A stretch of 64,000 nucleotides of DNA from Azolla caroliniana (Eukaryota > Plantae > Polypodiophyta): positions 11,842,001 to 11,906,000 of the forward strand of contig JBHGNT010000021.1 of assembly GCA_043228905.1 (NCBI GenBank), given 5' to 3'. Positions 61,601 to 64,000 of this stretch are shown here, in pieces (position 1 is the first letter of the stretch; the number at the start of each line of letters is the position of its first letter). The notes beneath the pieces are model-generated. The model did no database searches, was not told the DNA's origin, and saw nothing but the letters and a program-made list of their open reading frames with translations. Made by a program: the position numbers and the translations under genes.

Positions 61601-63216
61601 GTCCCAGCGAGCAGGCTTTCGATAACCAAAAGCAAGTCATCTTGGGACCGGCACGACTGCAAGCAACGCAGGTCTTTGGTATGCCCTTGGATTCCCACGT
61701 TATCGATACCATACGTGAGGACTTGAAGACAAATGTTTTCGCTCAAGCCATTCTAGCACAAATTGATCCCTCTCGAGCATCTCATTCATAGTCGCAACAA
61801 CCAGGTACGGATTATCGACAATTCGAATGTCATGATGGATTACTATTCTTTAAGAAATTCTTGTATGTTCCTAATGGTACTTGTAGCCTTCTAGTAGTCC
61901 AAAACTGTCATGACACATATACAGTTGCGCATTTTGGTAGTACTAAAACACTAGATTTAGTACAACGATCCTTCTAGTGGCCCCATATGCGACAATTTGT
62001 CGAAGATTTTGTTCGGACTTGTAATACATGTTGCAGAGCAAAAATGCCAAGGCATCATCCATATGGTTTATTAGAACGATTACCAATTCCAAGCAAGCCA
62101 TGGCAATCCATTACCATAGATTTCATCACAGATCTTCCGGTCTCTAAGGGATTTGATGCGATCTTAACAGTAGTAGATCGATATACGAAGATGGCCCATT
62201 TCCTGCCATGTACTAAGGAAATCTCCAGTGAAGAAACCACTGAAATTGTCATGTGTGAAGTATGTCGGCATCATGGCCTTCCTGATAATATCATCAGCGA
62301 TCGTGGACCCCAATTCATCTCAAAGTTTTGGAAGCACCTCTTTAAAATGCTTAAGGTCACTTGTAACCTCTCCTCCAACTACCACCTGCAAACAAACGGC
62401 CAAGCAGAACGAACAAATCAAACGCAGGAGCAGTATCTTTAGTGCTTTTTAAGCTATCATCAAGATGATTGGGCGGATATTCTCCACTTCGCCGAATTTG
62501 CGTATAATAACTCTATCCACTCATCGACAAAGGTGACACCATTTTATGCTTACACGAGCTATCACCCTCGGTGGTGTGTATTTGAAACCCCAGAGTTACC
62601 CACAAATCCTTGTGTAGAGGATTGTTTGGAGCGGCTACGTAAGATACAAGCGGATTTATCTACTCATCTACAACAAGCTCAACAAACACACAAGGTTTAT
62701 GCGGATCGTCATCAGCATCCATCCAATTTTGACATTGGAGATCGGGTGTGGCTACTACGACGACACATCAAGACTACTCGTCCATGCAAGAAGTTGAATT
62801 ACCGACGATTAGGTCCTTTCCGTATTATCGGAAAAATTAATGATGTCACTTTTCATCTCGATCTACCTCCACAACTTCGGATACATCTGGTGTTTCATAG
62901 TTCTCTCCTCGAACCCTATCAAGACAGCACCATCCCAGGTCGTATTAAACAACCTCCACCCCCGATCGAACTTGAAGATGGACCTGAGTACGAGGTTGCC
63001 ATCATCCTTGATTCCAAGATTGTTCACAACAAGATCTACTATTTAGTCGATTGGCTAGGATATAGTCCCAGCGAGCGTACTTGGGAACCAATAGAGAATG
63101 TGACCAATGCTCGTGCTCTTCTTAAAGACTTCCATTGTCAATATCAAGACAAACCAGGTCCTCAATCCAAAACGACTCGTGACACTCATCGTTTTAAAGG
63201 GGGGATAGTGTCATGA
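58652..63216 (+). pseudogene. Gypsy G gag / pol with C-terminal chromodomain (many stops)
   Basis: gag KFDGT...CLYCGGPGHIAMNC; LLDSGA protease; PPWGPIY, IDLRGAYNLVRI, YLDD RT; EADAS RH; IDFITDLP, SDRGPQF INT; YEVAIILDSK...YLVDWLGYSPSERTWEP chromodomain. Confidence 0.93.
59620..59671 (+). promoter_or_regulatory. Candidate -1 ribosomal frameshift signal at the gag/pol junction of G
   Basis: G_TTA_AAC in gag frame, gag stop at 59630-59632, pol open in the -1 frame, stem CCAGCCAAA/TTTGGTTGG 8 nt downstream. Confidence 0.7.
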
Positions 63217-63483
63217 TATGGCAAGACTTGAACCCATGACCTTATGTTACATGGGTCGAGCTCTTGACCCATGTAACATTTAGGTTTTACTATAGAAAAT
63301 TGATGTATATTCCAGATTTCTCTGGAACATTCTAGAAACTTTAGGAGTACTCCTGAAAACACTATAAAAGGTGACACAAGGCATTATTTCGAACCAAATC
63401 AGTTCAACGCTAGTTTTAAGCCTCCTAGCTACTATTGTATATTCCCTTAACATAAAAAATATATATATATATCATAATTAGCT

Positions 63484-63545
63484 TACTCTAGCGGTAAGTT
63501 GATAACACTACAAGCATTGTGTCTTGGGTTCGAAACCCAATTTCC
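63484..63545 (+). other. tRNA-like / SINE-head module in the 3' LTR of G
   Basis: A-box-like TACTCTAGCGG; perfect T-arm TTGGG-TTCGAAA-CCCAA at 63524-63540. Confidence 0.6.
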
Positions 63546-63597
63546 TCACCTCTCCATTATATACTTCATATATATCTCTATTTCACTAGATGCCACT

Positions 63598-63668
63598 GTG
63601 GAATGTAGGGGTTGAACCCATGACCACATGGTCTCCATTGAGCAACCTTACCAACTAAGCTACATCCA
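63598..63668 (-). other. tRNA-like / SINE-head module in the 3' LTR of G, convergent with the previous one
   Basis: Minus strand TGGATGTAGCTTAGTTGGTAAGG...GGTCATGGGTTCAACCCCTACATTCCA; A and B boxes present. Confidence 0.65.
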
Positions 63669-64000
63669 TCTGGGCTCTCTCACTCACTCACTCTTTCCTT
63701 CTCTCGAGAGTTCTACACCTCCCTTAGTACTAATCCTCATCTTTTAGTACTAATTCCTTCTCAATTTTAGTACTGTTCCTAACAGTACTTCTCTGTCTTA
63801 GTACTACTCTTGACAGTTTGAAGCCCTTCTTGGTCGATCCGGTCAGTTGTTTCCGGATACCGATCCAGCTCATGGTTCCGGATATCGATCTGGCTCATCC
63901 TTCCGGACGCCAATCCGGGTCAGGCTTATCCAGCCGATCCAGATCTGGTTGAGCTTGCCTCTCAACAAATTCTATATCTACTAATTCATAGTTTGTCTCC

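Larger units (their letters stand above)
57965..63815 (+). mobile_element. Gypsy G, chromovirus (Tcn1-like), decayed
   Basis: LTRs 57965-58407 and 63209-63815 (TGTCA...TGACA); PPT AAAGGGGGGA before 63209; no tRNA-type PBS. Confidence 0.93.
44914..63967 (-). mobile_element. Copia D (A/C family), internally deleted, host of F and G
   Basis: 3' LTR 44914-45391, PPT from 45392, RH 45875-46616, RT 56584-57964; after G only ~63816-63835 of internal sequence remains, fused to the last ~130 bp of the 5' LTR ending CTCAACA at 63967; TSD AATTA/AATTC. Confidence 0.85.

Noticed and set aside
57975-63668. Functional tRNA genes
   Set aside because: Anticodon and acceptor stems do not pair properly; only the A/B boxes and one T-arm are retained.

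Overview
Eukaryotic, transposon-dominated plant DNA. A non-seed plant, most likely a fern, is inferred from the mix of a Tcn1-like chromovirus, tRNA-Trp-primed Gypsy elements, RTE LINEs and a PLS-type PPR fragment. 1-12.3 kb: the 3' end of a Copia element, RTE-LINE debris, one probable 4-exon host gene on the minus strand (about 510 aa, uncharacterised, alpha-helical) whose long intron holds a LINE fragment with a hAT MITE and a 241-bp triplication, and a PPR pseudogene fragment. 12.5-64 kb: two nests of LTR retrotransposons that could be resolved from LTR pairs, PBS/PPT and TSDs. Copia A (16020-44357) contains non-autonomous Gypsy H (18850-23246), Copia B (23898-30463, with a solo LTR inside), an intact Tnt1-like Copia E with identical-looking LTRs (31087-36607) and Copia C (37159-43151). 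Copia D (44914-63967) contains Athila-like Gypsy F (46617-56583) and chromovirus G (57965-63815). The most notable signals are: a reconstructable 984-codon extra ORF in F; strong CCGG enrichment in E and F plus CCGGAT arrays in the U3 of unrelated families; tRNA-like Pol III A/B-box modules and a 5-unit heat-shock element in the LTRs of G; a ~200-aa read-through extension of Pol in A, C and D; and a 375-bp flanking duplication in place of a TSD at F. All counts and alignments were made by eye, and family assignments come from recalled motifs, not from searches.
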